Source: Octopus vulgaris
Taxonomy: Eukaryota
Length of the DNA: 64,000 nucleotides
Assembly: GCA_951406725.2 (NCBI GenBank)
Contig: OX597816.1
Span: forward strand, 43,524,001-43,588,000
Direction: 5' to 3'
Numbering within the stretch: position 1 is the first letter of the stretch; every line of letters starts with the position of its first letter. This document shows, piece after piece, positions 52,419-64,000 of this stretch. The position numbers were made by a program, and so were the translations under genes. The notes below the pieces were generated by a model. It made no database searches. It saw only the letters and a program-made list of their open reading frames with translations, and was not told the DNA's origin.

Positions 52419-53869
52419 ATACACAAATGCACACAAACACACGCTCACACACACACATTATAAATACCCGAGGTGTTGTACAGTGGCGCTGGACCTAAAA
52501 CTACATGGGTGGGAATCAAGCTTCTTAACCACACAGCCACGCCTGTGTCTATTAGTGAAAAAAAATAATTGAAATTTATTAAACCTGCTAAATGTATATT
52601 GTCATTTTTGTAATCTTCACAGCAGCTCTTCGTGTGAAATGACTACTGTGTTTATATGAAAGACTTCGCGTTAGATAATTTAGTCCTAAACACCACGAAA
52701 TAGATGGGGGAGTAACGGCTGGAATCCTTTTGATCATCGGTCAGCTAAAATCAAAGTTGACATGAGACCAAGCTGAAATAACAAAATCTTTATTTTTTCT
52801 TTATATTTTTTCAAGAAGTCGAAGCGTATGAGGCAGCCCATGAAACACAGCCAGACAGGTCACGGTTCGTTATCTAGTTGAACCCACATATCGCCTTATG
52901 AAGTTTAAGAAAATACGTCTTGTTGATAAGTACACGACATTCGCTGTTGAGGAATACTGAAATTGAAATTAATGAGGACGTTGGTGATGAATTTTCCATT
53001 GATTTGTCTTAAGGTCATCGAGAAATAGCAAAACGAAACATAAAATTGTCAGTTTTGAGACAACACAGAGACCCACGTTCACGTACTGTCTCACCTCCAC
53101 ATAGTTACTAATTATACTTAAACACAATCTCACACAAATACGTGGAGCTTCCCTCACACATACATACTGATGTGTACCTACTTATACATTTTCACTAAAT
53201 ACGCATTAGCTGTGTTTATTTGCCTCCTTCTCTATGTACTGACACATACAAAGTATGTGTGTGCATGCTTATAAGCATGAAAGTTCCATGATGGAAGGAA
53301 AGCATATGTCAACGTGGGTGTTAATATCTCTGGAAACCTGTTTAAAGAGGCACCTATCGCTGTCACAACTGTGCAAAAGAATATAGAGTCTCTAGTTGGA
53401 TTGAAAAGCCATATACCTGCTGCTCATGTTTAAAAGAAATTAAAAGAGATATCGTGTTGCAGCCACCATACACACGCGCGCTCACACACACACACATACA
53501 TACATACATACATACATACATGTATGCACAATGCTGGTAGTTCCCTCGTTGTCAAGGAAGACCATCATTGACCACTAAAAGCGCTGTGCACTTATCCAAA
53601 ATTACACTTTACACTTGTAGCTATGCTGGTAGCTAACAAGCCCAGTTCGAGATTTGACGCATTCGTTCGCAGATACTTCTGACGAAAATTTTCTTACTTA
53701 CAGAACTGGCTGTACGTTTCGAGTAGCTCGCTTCAGTTCAGCTTGCGAAAATTCTTGTTTCTTCTAAAATACCCACTCCTTTATTTATTCGTTTCTTCCA
53801 TTGGTGGCGATGACAAGCTTTACTTTCTCAGTTGACTTTCTATAACTCAAATCCCGGCCGTCAACAAGG

Positions 53870-55103
53870 TATATATATATAACTGATAATGTGTGTCTGT
53901 CTGTGTGTTTCCCTGAAACTTGAGAACTACACAACCAATTTCATTCAAATTTTACACATGCCTTACTTAGGGTCCGGGGAGTGTCATCGACAACTTCTTG
54001 CCTAGAGTGAGCCCACAGCGATATCATATCTTCTCCACTATTTCAGTATTACGTGTTAAAAGTGAAACAAAAACAGCTCTCTATTGTATGAATGTATATG
54101 GAAGTATATATATATATATATATATATTACAAAATATAAAGTTATATCTTGAGATCGTTAGTGACAACAACGCTCAAAATACATAACAGACTGGAATAGT
54201 AGTGCTCAAATGAGCTGTATACGCTTTTTAATCCGAGGGGGTGGGGCAATACGAGCAGCAACTACAAGAGCATTACAAAATCCACAGAAAGATCAAACAC
54301 ATACATATAGTCATATATTCATTTATATCTACAGAACAGACATAAAGCCCGACGTTTAGAAATATATAGTAATATATAAATATATAAACATCATATAAAA
54401 ATATATTGTACGCATAAAATCCACTCGACGTTCCATAAGAAATTTAAAAATAAAAATTGCAATAAAAGTTAGAGGTAATAATAACAATTGAATTAAATAT
54501 AGTAAATATAGTAAGTAGTAATTAAATATATTTTATTTTATTAGAATGGTAATTAAATCGTAATATTAAAAGAAAAAATAGCAATTAGTATAAAATGTAT
54601 CAAGGACTTGAACTCGAATATGTGGCTTTGCATGAATGGAAGAAATTAAAAAATGAAAAATTTAATTGAGTGCAGAAGTGAATTAGTCCAGATGGAGCTG
54701 TGCGCATAACATTTACCATAGCTGCTAGATTGAATTATATGCTTATAAAGTAGCATTCAGTATCTATGAAAATTTTTGGGAGTACGTAATGTCTGGTCTT
54801 TCGCATGTAGCAGGTATATAATTGTGCATTTGTTTCCGTGTACTATGTGTTGTGTGTAAAAAACGTCCTGACGAGGGGAGTGTCAATTTGAAATATATGA
54901 TATGTTTCATATTAATTGGTACATCTCCGAAACGGCCCATAGATGAACTTTTATATATTTTTGTAAATTTGTGTATTTATCTTCTATGTTTTTTTTCTCT
55001 GCAATTTTAATTCGTCTTTTTAATATATCATTGTGTTTTATTACCCCAAATTTTTAATTTAACAAATTTATACCAAACTAGCAACGCCGGGTCATAATGC
55101 TAG
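53870..55103 (+). mobile_element. Helitron-like element with internal extra sequence
   Basis: 3' GCAACGCCGGGTCATAATGCTAG|T like the other Helitrons here; TA-rich 5' start lacks a clear TC, so the left boundary is uncertain. Confidence 0.55.
54864..54945 (+). ncRNA. Type I hammerhead motif with a long stem II
   Basis: CGUC-CUGACGA-GGGGAGUGU...ACAUCUCC-GAAA-CGGCCCA-UA-GAUG; one stem III mismatch. Confidence 0.45.
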
Positions 55104-55134
<31 letters not shown>

Positions 55135-55567
55135 ATCGTTAAAAGTCGTATAAAGAATTTGCCGTAAGAATTGGAAAATCCAGTTTCGAACAATGCTTCA
55201 GGGCGAAGTTGTCAGGAAACACAACAAACTAAAAAGAAGAAACAGCTAAATTTTACATCCAGAGTTTAAAGATGTGTGTGTGTGTGTGTGTGTATGCCCG
55301 CGAGTTACGGGTTCGACATTCACGTCTATATATATATATATATATATATGGAAAAAAGTCAAGGTAGAAAATGCTAAAATGATTTTATTAAAAAACATTT
55401 CAGTACTGGTTTCAGTCATTGAAACTTTTCAACTGTAAGTATGGAAAACAGTTAAATTTTGGAAAAATTAAAAGAAAATTTATTTTAAAAGAATATTTGC
55501 GTAGTATTCAAATACAAGGGACATTTACCTTGTATCTGCTTATCTCTGTCTCTCTTGTTTACTCTTA

Positions 55568-55606
<39 letters not shown>

Positions 55607-55776
55607 AACTCTGGACGTGTGAGTGTTCAGCGAGAAGACAGAGCGAAAAAAGGAAAGCTCAATCAAATAGACAATCAACAGCACACATTACTATTACTAC
55701 TGTTCACCAATGTTTACAATTCATTCGTTTCACCTGATGATATCTCGTGTGAGCCTCTAGGCCACTAAACGCAATA

Positions 55777-55864
55777 TGGATATGAGTATGACTTATTAAA
55801 CCAGCACGTGATGTAGCTGAGAAACTACGTCACGTGCTTGTTTAACAAGTCGTACTCGTATCCA
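55777..55864. repeat. 40-bp-arm inverted repeat with an 8-nt loop
   Basis: TGGATATGAGTATGACTTATTAAACCAGCACGTGATGTAG / CTACGTCACGTGCTTGTTTAACAAGTCGTACTCGTATCCA. Confidence 0.9.
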
Positions 55865-55935
55865 CACTACAATGTGGACGATTGTGGTTTGCGGGAAAAA
55901 GTGTTGTTCTGTTGGTTTCTTTCGCTATTTTCCTG

Positions 55936-56337
55936 TTACTCTTTTACTTGTTTCAGTCATTTGACTGCGGCCATGCTGGAGCACCGCCTTTAGTCGAGCA
56001 AATCGACTTATTCTTTGTAAACCTAGTTACTTATTCTATCGGTATCTCTTGCCGAAACGCTAAGTTATGGGGACGTAAACACACCCGCATCGGTTGTCAA
56101 GCGATATTGGGGGTGGGGACAAACACAGACACACAGACACACCCACACACATATACATATATACGACGGGCTTCTTTCAGTTTCCGTCTTCTAAATTCAC
56201 TCACAAGGCTTTGGTCGGCCCGAGGCTATAGTAGAAGACACTTGCACAAGTTGCCACGCAGTGGCAGTGAACCGGGAGTGAACCGGGAACCATGTGGTTG
56301 GTAAGCAAGCTACTTACCACACAGCCACTCCTGTGCC
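55936..56337 (-). mobile_element. SINE family A, full length
   Basis: Matches the family consensus; small internal duplication GTGAACCGGGA. Confidence 0.9.
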
Positions 56338-56475
56338 TGCTCATGATGAAGTACCTTTTGAAGTTTCAAAATTGTGAAACTGGAAAACGCACGGTTTCTC
56401 GAAAGATATTGATATGTATTTTTGTATGTGTATATGTGTGTGTATATCTACCTACCTACTATCTGTCTGTCTCCC

Positions 56476-56506
<31 letters not shown>

Positions 56507-57332
56507 GTGTATGTCTATCTGTGACAGTTTGACTGGAGAAGTAGATTCAGGCTCCAGAATTATACGACGCAGGGCTGATCTAAATAAAATCTTGCACTCT
56601 TCGTTTTTTTTTTTTACTGAGAGCTTATCCCAGCTATTAACTAACAACAGACTCACGCAGGCGTACCAACACACACACACACACGTACACGCGTACACAC
56701 ATAGACACGCACGTACACTAGATGCGTAAAAAAAGTCACAAACACACACACACACAGACGTATACATACATATAAGCACATATTTAAACCTTGCCACATG
56801 TATATTCACATACATGTGGCAAGGTTTATGTGGCAAAGTAAAATGCATTCATGTATGCAAGTAGATTGAAAGCAGACGTCTATCAATCAGCATGATACCA
56901 ACATTAAACAGCAATTTACAAATGGATTTTTTGTAATTAGTACGTACTCTCATACACTTATCTACACTAGATCTATGTCTCTCTCTCCCAGCCTCACACA
57001 CATACGCCCGTACAATCTCTGTCGCTGCTTCTGTGTCTCTTTGCTATGTCGGTGTTTTTATTTGTTTAGTTCACTTATCTATTTATCTGTCTGTGTGTCT
57101 TTCCTTCTTCATGTATTCTTTATTCGTTTGTTTCAATCATTTAATTGCAGCCATTGATGGATCGCCTTCTTTAGTCGAAAAAAATCGACTTATTCTTTGT
57201 AAGACTAGTATTTATTCTATCTCTCTCTTTTGCCGAACTGCTAAGTTACTGGGACGTAAACACACCAACAAGTGGTGGTGGGGGCACAGGCAGACACACA
57301 AATACATATGTGTGTATATATATAAATATATA

Positions 57333-57382
57333 TATACATCCATGTATTTGTGTGTCTCTCTTTCTCTCTCTCTCTCTCTCTC

Positions 57383-57466
<84 letters not shown>

Positions 57467-57800
57467 AAGAAGCTTGCTTCCCAGCCACATGGTTCTGGGT
57501 TCAGTGTCCCTGCGTGACACGTTGGGCAAGTGTCTTCCATTATACCCTCTGGCCGACCAAAGTCTTGTGAGTGGATTTGGCTGACAGAAACTGAAAGAAG
57601 CCCGTCGTATATGCATATATATATATATATATATATGCATATACGACGGGCTTCTTTCAGTTTCTGTCAGCCAAATCCACTCACAAGACTTTGGTCGGCC
57701 AGAGGGTATAATGGAAGACACTTGCCCAACGTGTCACGCAGGGACACTGAACCCAGAACCATGTGGCTGGGAAGCAAGCTTCTTTATATATATATATATA

Positions 57801-57869
<69 letters not shown>

Positions 57870-57919
57870 GAGAGAGAGAGAGAGAGAGAAAGAGAGACAC
57901 ACAAATACATGGATGTATA
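57333..57919. repeat. Spacerless palindrome (~293-bp arms) of a SINE A head plus flank
   Basis: Centre 57625/57626; a third identical head lies at 57921-58097. Confidence 0.9.
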
Positions 57920-58091
57920 CATGCATATATATATATATATATATATGCATATACGACGGGCTTCTTTCAGTTTCTGTCAGCCAAATCCACTCACAAGACT
58001 TTGGTCGGCCAGAGGGTATAATGGAAGACACTTGCCCAACGTGTCACGCAGGGACACTGAACCCAGAACCATGTGGCTGGGAAGCAAGCTT

Positions 58092-58126
<35 letters not shown>

Positions 58127-58130
<4 letters not shown>

Positions 58131-58335
58131 TGTGTGTCTGTACTTGACCCCGTCATCGCTTGGCAACTGATGCTGGTGTGTTTATGTCCCTGTAACCAAG
58201 CAGTTCAGTAAAAAAAGAGACCAATAGAGAAAGTACTAGGCTCACAAAGCGTAAGTCCCGGTGTCGATTTCTTCGACTAAAAGCCTATAAGGCGGTGCTC
58301 CATCAGTCGCAGTTAAATGACTGATACAAGTAAAA
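58127..58335 (+). mobile_element. SINE family A 3' half
   Basis: CATCGCTTGGCAACTGATGCTGG...ATGACTGATACAAGTAAAA. Confidence 0.75.
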
Positions 58336-58349
58336 AAAATATAAAAGAA

Positions 58350-58630
58350 TATATTTGCATAAATGGGTACAGGGCATCACAAACAGTAAACAACATGAAA
58401 TACGAAAACAAATGAGTTGAATACACAAGAAAACGAGAGAAACAAATAGAAAACAGGACAAGTAACATAAAGAACGACCCTTCATCAGTTGTCGGTTGCC
58501 TATTACCTACTCATTTAGAGCATTGAATGACAATATGAGTCATCGAAGGCAGTTGCTCCCACAAAAGCCAAAATAAAATTTGGAATTTATGGAGGGTCAA
58601 AGTTGGTAACAAAAACAGGACAGAGGAGAT
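58350..58630 (-). mobile_element. Second full copy of the rearranged-hammerhead repeat
   Basis: Homologous to 10385-10690; motif at 58473-58551. Confidence 0.75.
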
Positions 58631-59053
58631 ATGCAAGGAAACTGAAGGAAAACAAATATGGAGGTTCGTTAGACAAGACGGAGGTAAAATAGAGAACGCT
58701 GGAGGAATATTTTCTTTGACAAGAGAAAAGATAGAAGAGAGATACAGATAGGATAGTCCAACCTCTCGGACAGCCCTGAAAGAAAAAAAAGATAATCAAG
58801 TGAAGAAAAGAAAGATGGACGATGGTCAAGTATGAGCAACGAGAGAGAGAGAGAGAGAAAGAGAGTAAAGGAGAAAGAGGGGAGACAGAGATAGATAGAA
58901 AAAGGCATTAGAGAAAGGATAAGAGAGAAAACGATAGGGGGAGAGAATAAATAGGATAGAGTCGCATCAAAAAGATTAAGATAAACTTACTTGGAAACGG
59001 ATGCGTGGCGTTCAATCAAATAATGATATAAATAATATATATATATATATATG

Positions 59054-59085
<32 letters not shown>

Positions 59086-59149
59086 ATGTGTGTGCGTGTG
59101 TGTGTGTGAAAGGCAGCGTAAATTACTTAATACAGTTGTATATATATAC

Positions 59150-59510
59150 TCTTTACTCTTTTACTCTTTTACTTGTTTCAATCATTTGACTGTGGCCATG
59201 CTGGAGCACTGCCTTTAGTCGAGGAAATCGACCCCGAGGACTTATTCTATCGGTCTATTTTGCCGAACCGCTAAGTTTACCGGGGACGTAAACCCACCAG
59301 CATCGATTGGGGGGACAAACACAGACACTCAAACACACACACACACACACACATACATACATATATATATACATATATACGACGAGCTTCTTTCAGTTTC
59401 CGTCTGCCAAATCCACTCACAAGGCTTTGGTCGGCCCGAGGCTATAGTAGTACTGAACCCAGAACCATGTGGCTGGTAAGCAAGCTACTTACCACACAGC
59501 CACTCCTGCG

Positions 59511-59512
<2 letters not shown>
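59150..59512 (-). mobile_element. SINE family A with internal deletions
   Basis: Matches the family consensus. Confidence 0.85.
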
Positions 59513-59552
<40 letters not shown>

Positions 59553-60237
59553 AAGGCCAGTCCATCTGTCTGTCATTCTCTCCTTTTGTCTCTCTATGTA
59601 TTCCTTTTGCCCGCTTTGTATGTATGTATATATATATATATGTGTGTGTGTGTATGTGTGTGCTGGACAGTTAATTTTATAGCTGTCTGTCCTTCTGCCT
59701 GTCTGTCTTTTTGCCCGTCTAAGTATTCATCTTGCTATCTATATATTTACGTCGATGTATCTCGGAAAATTCAAACCAGCTACAGGTATTGATTAGTTAA
59801 TATAAGTACTTGTAAAAAAACAGAAACCTTTCTAAATATATCAATATATCTACATATATTAGCTGATGCAGGCATTAAGAAGAGGCTATTAAAACCAGAT
59901 CTCTGATCAGATGTGTATGTTGCTAATGTTAAGAGGAAAGCGTGCGCGTCTGAACCTGTCCGTTGTTCCTTCATGTTGTATATGCGTTGCGTGTTTGTTT
60001 GTTAGAAAGGGAGAGAGAGAGAGAAAGAGAGAGGGAGAGAGAGGGAGAGAGAGAGTGACAGACAGACAGACCGACAGAATTAGTGACTCAGTATGTGTAT
60101 ATGTAGTTCAATATAGATCTATGCATATGTTCATATTTCTGTATGTTTATAACTACTTAGAAATGAAAAATAAAAGTGTAATAATATCCTTCTCCTCTCA
60201 CTCTCCCTCACAGAGAGAGAGAGAGTATATATATATG

Positions 60238-60307
<70 letters not shown>

Positions 60308-61063
60308 AAAGTAGTGAGATCCAATATGGCTGTGGTACAGACAGTTGTTTAATCTCAAGCCTAGACAAGGCTTCTATAGATAACACAAAGTAAATGATAA
60401 TCGATGAATTAAATTTATTAATCAATGTTATCCAATACACTTCGCCTCATATCGAATTAGACATTAATTCAGGTAAGATGATCACTACCATACAACTCCA
60501 ATACATAGGAAGAAATCTTGCTAATTATAGAAGTTTGTGGGTGAAAGAAATGGAATAGGCAGTTGTGTACTACACACGTTTCAAAAGACTCACTGCACGT
60601 ATATTATACAACTCTAAGATGCTCTATAGATGATCAGTGTTTTTGTCTTGGTATACCTGTCTACTTGTCGCTTGTAAGTCCATTGTCATAATCATACCCA
60701 TATATGAAGCTTCTTGAATCGTAAATCTAACTTCTCGTTTCCGGTTGTTGAAAAATATTGTATGAATAATTCGAATGTTTCGGATGTATGACTGAAGAAG
60801 GTTCAGCTTTTACAATTTTAAGTAGAATGTCTTGTGGAAATTCTGTGTAAAAGTTTTGTTATTTATATATAAATTTATAGATCTCCAACGAATTGTTTCA
60901 TTGTGCTACTAATGAGTTCGATTATATCTTCGATTTCTGTGCATAGTTAAGGTTTTGTGAGCGTAATACTCGAACATGTTTTATAATGCACACATTTTTG
61001 GTTATCGCTTTGAATTCGTTCGGTACAGCTAGGTATTTAGTAGGTTATTTAATACTGTGTCGG

Positions 61064-61706
61064 CAGATACAGTACCAGGCAATGCCCTGATGCAGTTCCA
61101 GGTTTATGCTCTGATGTAGTACCAGGCGATATCCTGATGCAGTACTTGGAGATGACCTGATGCAGTACCAGGCGCTGGCTCTCAAGGCTTCTGTTCTTAA
61201 CTAATTGGAAATATTATCATGTACATTGTTTTGTTAAAATGGTCTACAGCAAATATTCTGCTCAATACCACAGATTTGATTGTCAGTTGTTTGACTTTAA
61301 CCAGTTGAGTATGTCCTTTGGCAGCTGACGATATGTGCATTTCTGATCACGAGCAGAAGTAGTGGGGGAGCATCATAGCCAGGTTTTGAGGAAAATTCTT
61401 TGGAGTTTGAATAATTCACCCCCGGGTGTTTCGTTCAACATCCTTAACAACCGTTATTCATGGACCATTTGAGTGGGATGGGCTAGTCGACCTGAAGAAA
61501 ATTCTAACTGGACCCTCACCTGCAAGTTAATATGCTGTTCATCTTGATATGAGATCATCATGTCGCGCACATATCGTTATGAGGTATATGCCTGGTGTAC
61601 CCTTATCAGACGGGTAGTCATGATGGGTACACTGGGTTTGGTATATTTTGCCCCAGTGTCACTTTGTTAGCATGTACTGCTCTCTCACTCAATAATAATA
61701 ATAATA

Positions 61707-61736
<30 letters not shown>
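61064..61736 (+). mobile_element. Probable retroposon 3' segment with (AAT)n tail, preceded by five ~23-bp tandem units
   Basis: CCTGATGCAGTACCAGG units at 61064-61173; (AAT)n at 61691-61736. Confidence 0.45.
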
Positions 61737-61737
<1 letters not shown>

Positions 61738-64000
61738 ATGTATGAGTATATGTGATGAAAGTCCACACAAAATTTGACACTAGCCGTGTCTGGCTGTAGA
61801 GCACTTCAATAGCAAGACAACCGTGTATATCGACTAAATACCAAAATATGGACGTGCAACTGTGAGTAACAAGCTAGTTGTTGTGACAGAAGCACTGGAC
61901 GTTGGACACGCTGCGCAAGCTGTTAATTTTTAAGACACGTTGTCCTAAAACCTCTCACTAACAACTATAGAAAGGCTAAAAGCACAGCAATGCACAGAGA
62001 GCTCAAAGGCCCTATTATACACCTTCTGACAAAAGCGGCCGGAGAATGCTGGCGAACGATCAAAGCTGACGTGTGCAATGAGCGTTTACCACAACGCCAT
62101 CGACCCGAACGTGTGGTGGCAAGTTTTCAAAATCCGATAATAAATATGAGTATTGCTTGTTAATTAACCGCGAAATGACGTGTGTTAACAAGCAACACTT
62201 GTAACGAGAATAAGATGTAAGACATCATTAATAAAAAGAAGAAAAAAAACTTTCACAGAATTATGCCCTACCAAGAAGAAATATTAAAATCAATCCGTAT
62301 TATAAATCGTTGTAGATTATAATAAAAACCTACCCGGTTTTTATTCAGATGATGTGTGTAGACATTCTACGTCCGCCACGTCTAAAAAGCACAAGTCTAC
62401 CCTTCTCTTTCAGTCGTCTATTATTCTCCACTGTCGCCATCTCTTGTTATTCCTGTGTTGCTTGTATTTTGCTAGATGTGTTTTTTTGTTAACGTATGGT
62501 GGGTTCATCTACGTTTTTGACGGGACTTGGTTTTGTTTTGCTGAATTCCTTCTGAATTCTTCACTAGGATAAGCTGGTATGAGTACACAAGGTTATCTGC
62601 CGTTGACCTAACCATGTATTTGTGTGTGTGAGCGTGTGTATGTGTGAGAGTAAAAGAGACAGTAAATGTGTGATGGAGTGGTCATGAAGACGTTAGGAAC
62701 GGTAGAAGAATACCAAACACATGTAGTGGAGATAATATATTCTGTTGAAGCTGTTGAATTACTATCTACAACCTCGAATTTCTTTCCTTTGTCGATTTTC
62801 ATCTGGTGACGAAAGTTAATCTCGTTGACGACTTGACAAACACGCAAAAATCTATAAATCTGTGAAAGAGGATGAAATGTTTCAAATTATCGATAAGTTC
62901 TGAATTTCCAAGTAGCGTTCACTTTTATATATATATGCAAAATAGAAAATTGATACTTGTGATGTTTGTGTTAAATCTTCAAAGCACAAGGGAAATGATT
63001 AAACGTGAAACTAACAATTCTGTAAGATATAGTTTAGCAACTGCTGATACAATTCTTTGGAAAACTTTTGTATTCTAGCCCTAGTGAAGAACGCGCTACA
63101 TTCACTTATTAGATAAATAAATATAACACTCTTAATACCCTTAAATCACAAACAACTGTCAGTTAAAAAATTTCATTCAATAGTGTAGTCTGAAAAACAA
63201 AAGACAATATGATCGTCTGTGCGGTGCTTGGCAGTGTTGTAAGAACGAAGTAAAAATTTCCCAAAATGTGGACAACTCTTCACAGTTTCCGTCCACAAGG
63301 CTTCGAACCTGGATTTAAGGTAGCCTCCTGGCGCATGTGAGTTCATGAGAATTATAAATCTTTCTGGCTAAACACAATTTTCACAGTCGTGTTACATTAT
63401 GATAGGGTCCAGAAATTTCTAATAATTTCCCCCTGATGTTAAAGGGCGTGATGGACTACTTCGCGCTATTATTTCCGACTTTCTGCGCTTTGAGTTCAAA
63501 TCTCGCCGACGAAAATTTCACCTTTCATCCTTTTGGGGCTCAGTAAAAATAAAGTACTAAGCAATGCAGTAAATAGGGGGAAGTGAAAGTGTTTCTGACC
63601 ATGTGCTTTGCCTTGTTCCTGTTCTTTGTGATCTTAGATCAAATACCACGAATGTTTGTTTTGAGTTGTAGATTTAATCCATAACATGTTTTAACATTAC
63701 CACTTTGCACTTTGGGAAACGGAGTTCAGTTGTTGCAAGCATTAAGACTAGCTCTCAGGTTTGATGTCATCTTCTTGTCTGATGACATCTTCCTGTTTGA
63801 TGACATCTTCCTGTTTCAGAGGAATTCGTCTCCGGTTTCATAATAGCTTCCCGCATCTATTGTCTTTTCTCTTGATGAAAAGACAAACGAGAGAAAAAGA
63901 AAAAAGAAGACACACACAAAAAAAAAAAACGGTCAGCTAAAAAAGTCGGAAGAGAGTGATGTCGGTGGACGGAGATGGTTGGTTGTCATTTTTTCGCATG

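Noticed and set aside
53710-53741. Minus-strand CUGAAGC-GAG-CUA-CUC-GAAA-CG-UA hammerhead-like string
   Set aside because: A9 is missing and stem I does not pair next to the core; at best a decayed copy.
60560-61020. Possible decayed LINE reverse transcriptase on the minus strand (TKTLIIYRA...)
   Set aside because: Only one weak peptide resemblance amid many stops; needs tBLASTn.

Overview
AT-rich eukaryotic intronic or intergenic DNA, most likely from an octopus (inferred from the SINE families and the density of (TA)n/(CA)n/(AAT)n microsatellites). No intact host protein-coding gene is recognisable; almost all listed ORFs are microsatellite or SINE read-throughs. The window is a mosaic of at least four tRNA-derived SINE heads (my labels A-D) with exchangeable tails, non-autonomous Helitrons, hAT, Tigger/pogo, Merlin-like and piggyBac-like DNA transposon remnants (one decayed hAT transposase, one Tigger N-terminal HTH ORF), and several short repeats carrying hammerhead ribozyme motifs of the kind known from Penelope-like elements. 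The most notable signal is a three-copy repeat whose hammerhead strands lie in a non-circularly permuted order (cleavage strand, then GAAA strand, then CUGAUGA strand), with an intact core at 10470-10548 and compensatory stem changes in the copy at 58473-58551. Other oddities: an 8-unit tandem array of a Pol III promoter head, a SINE nested in itself at one fixed junction, back-to-back Helitrons, and a ~590-bp spacerless palindrome. All structures were read by eye and are not computationally or experimentally validated.
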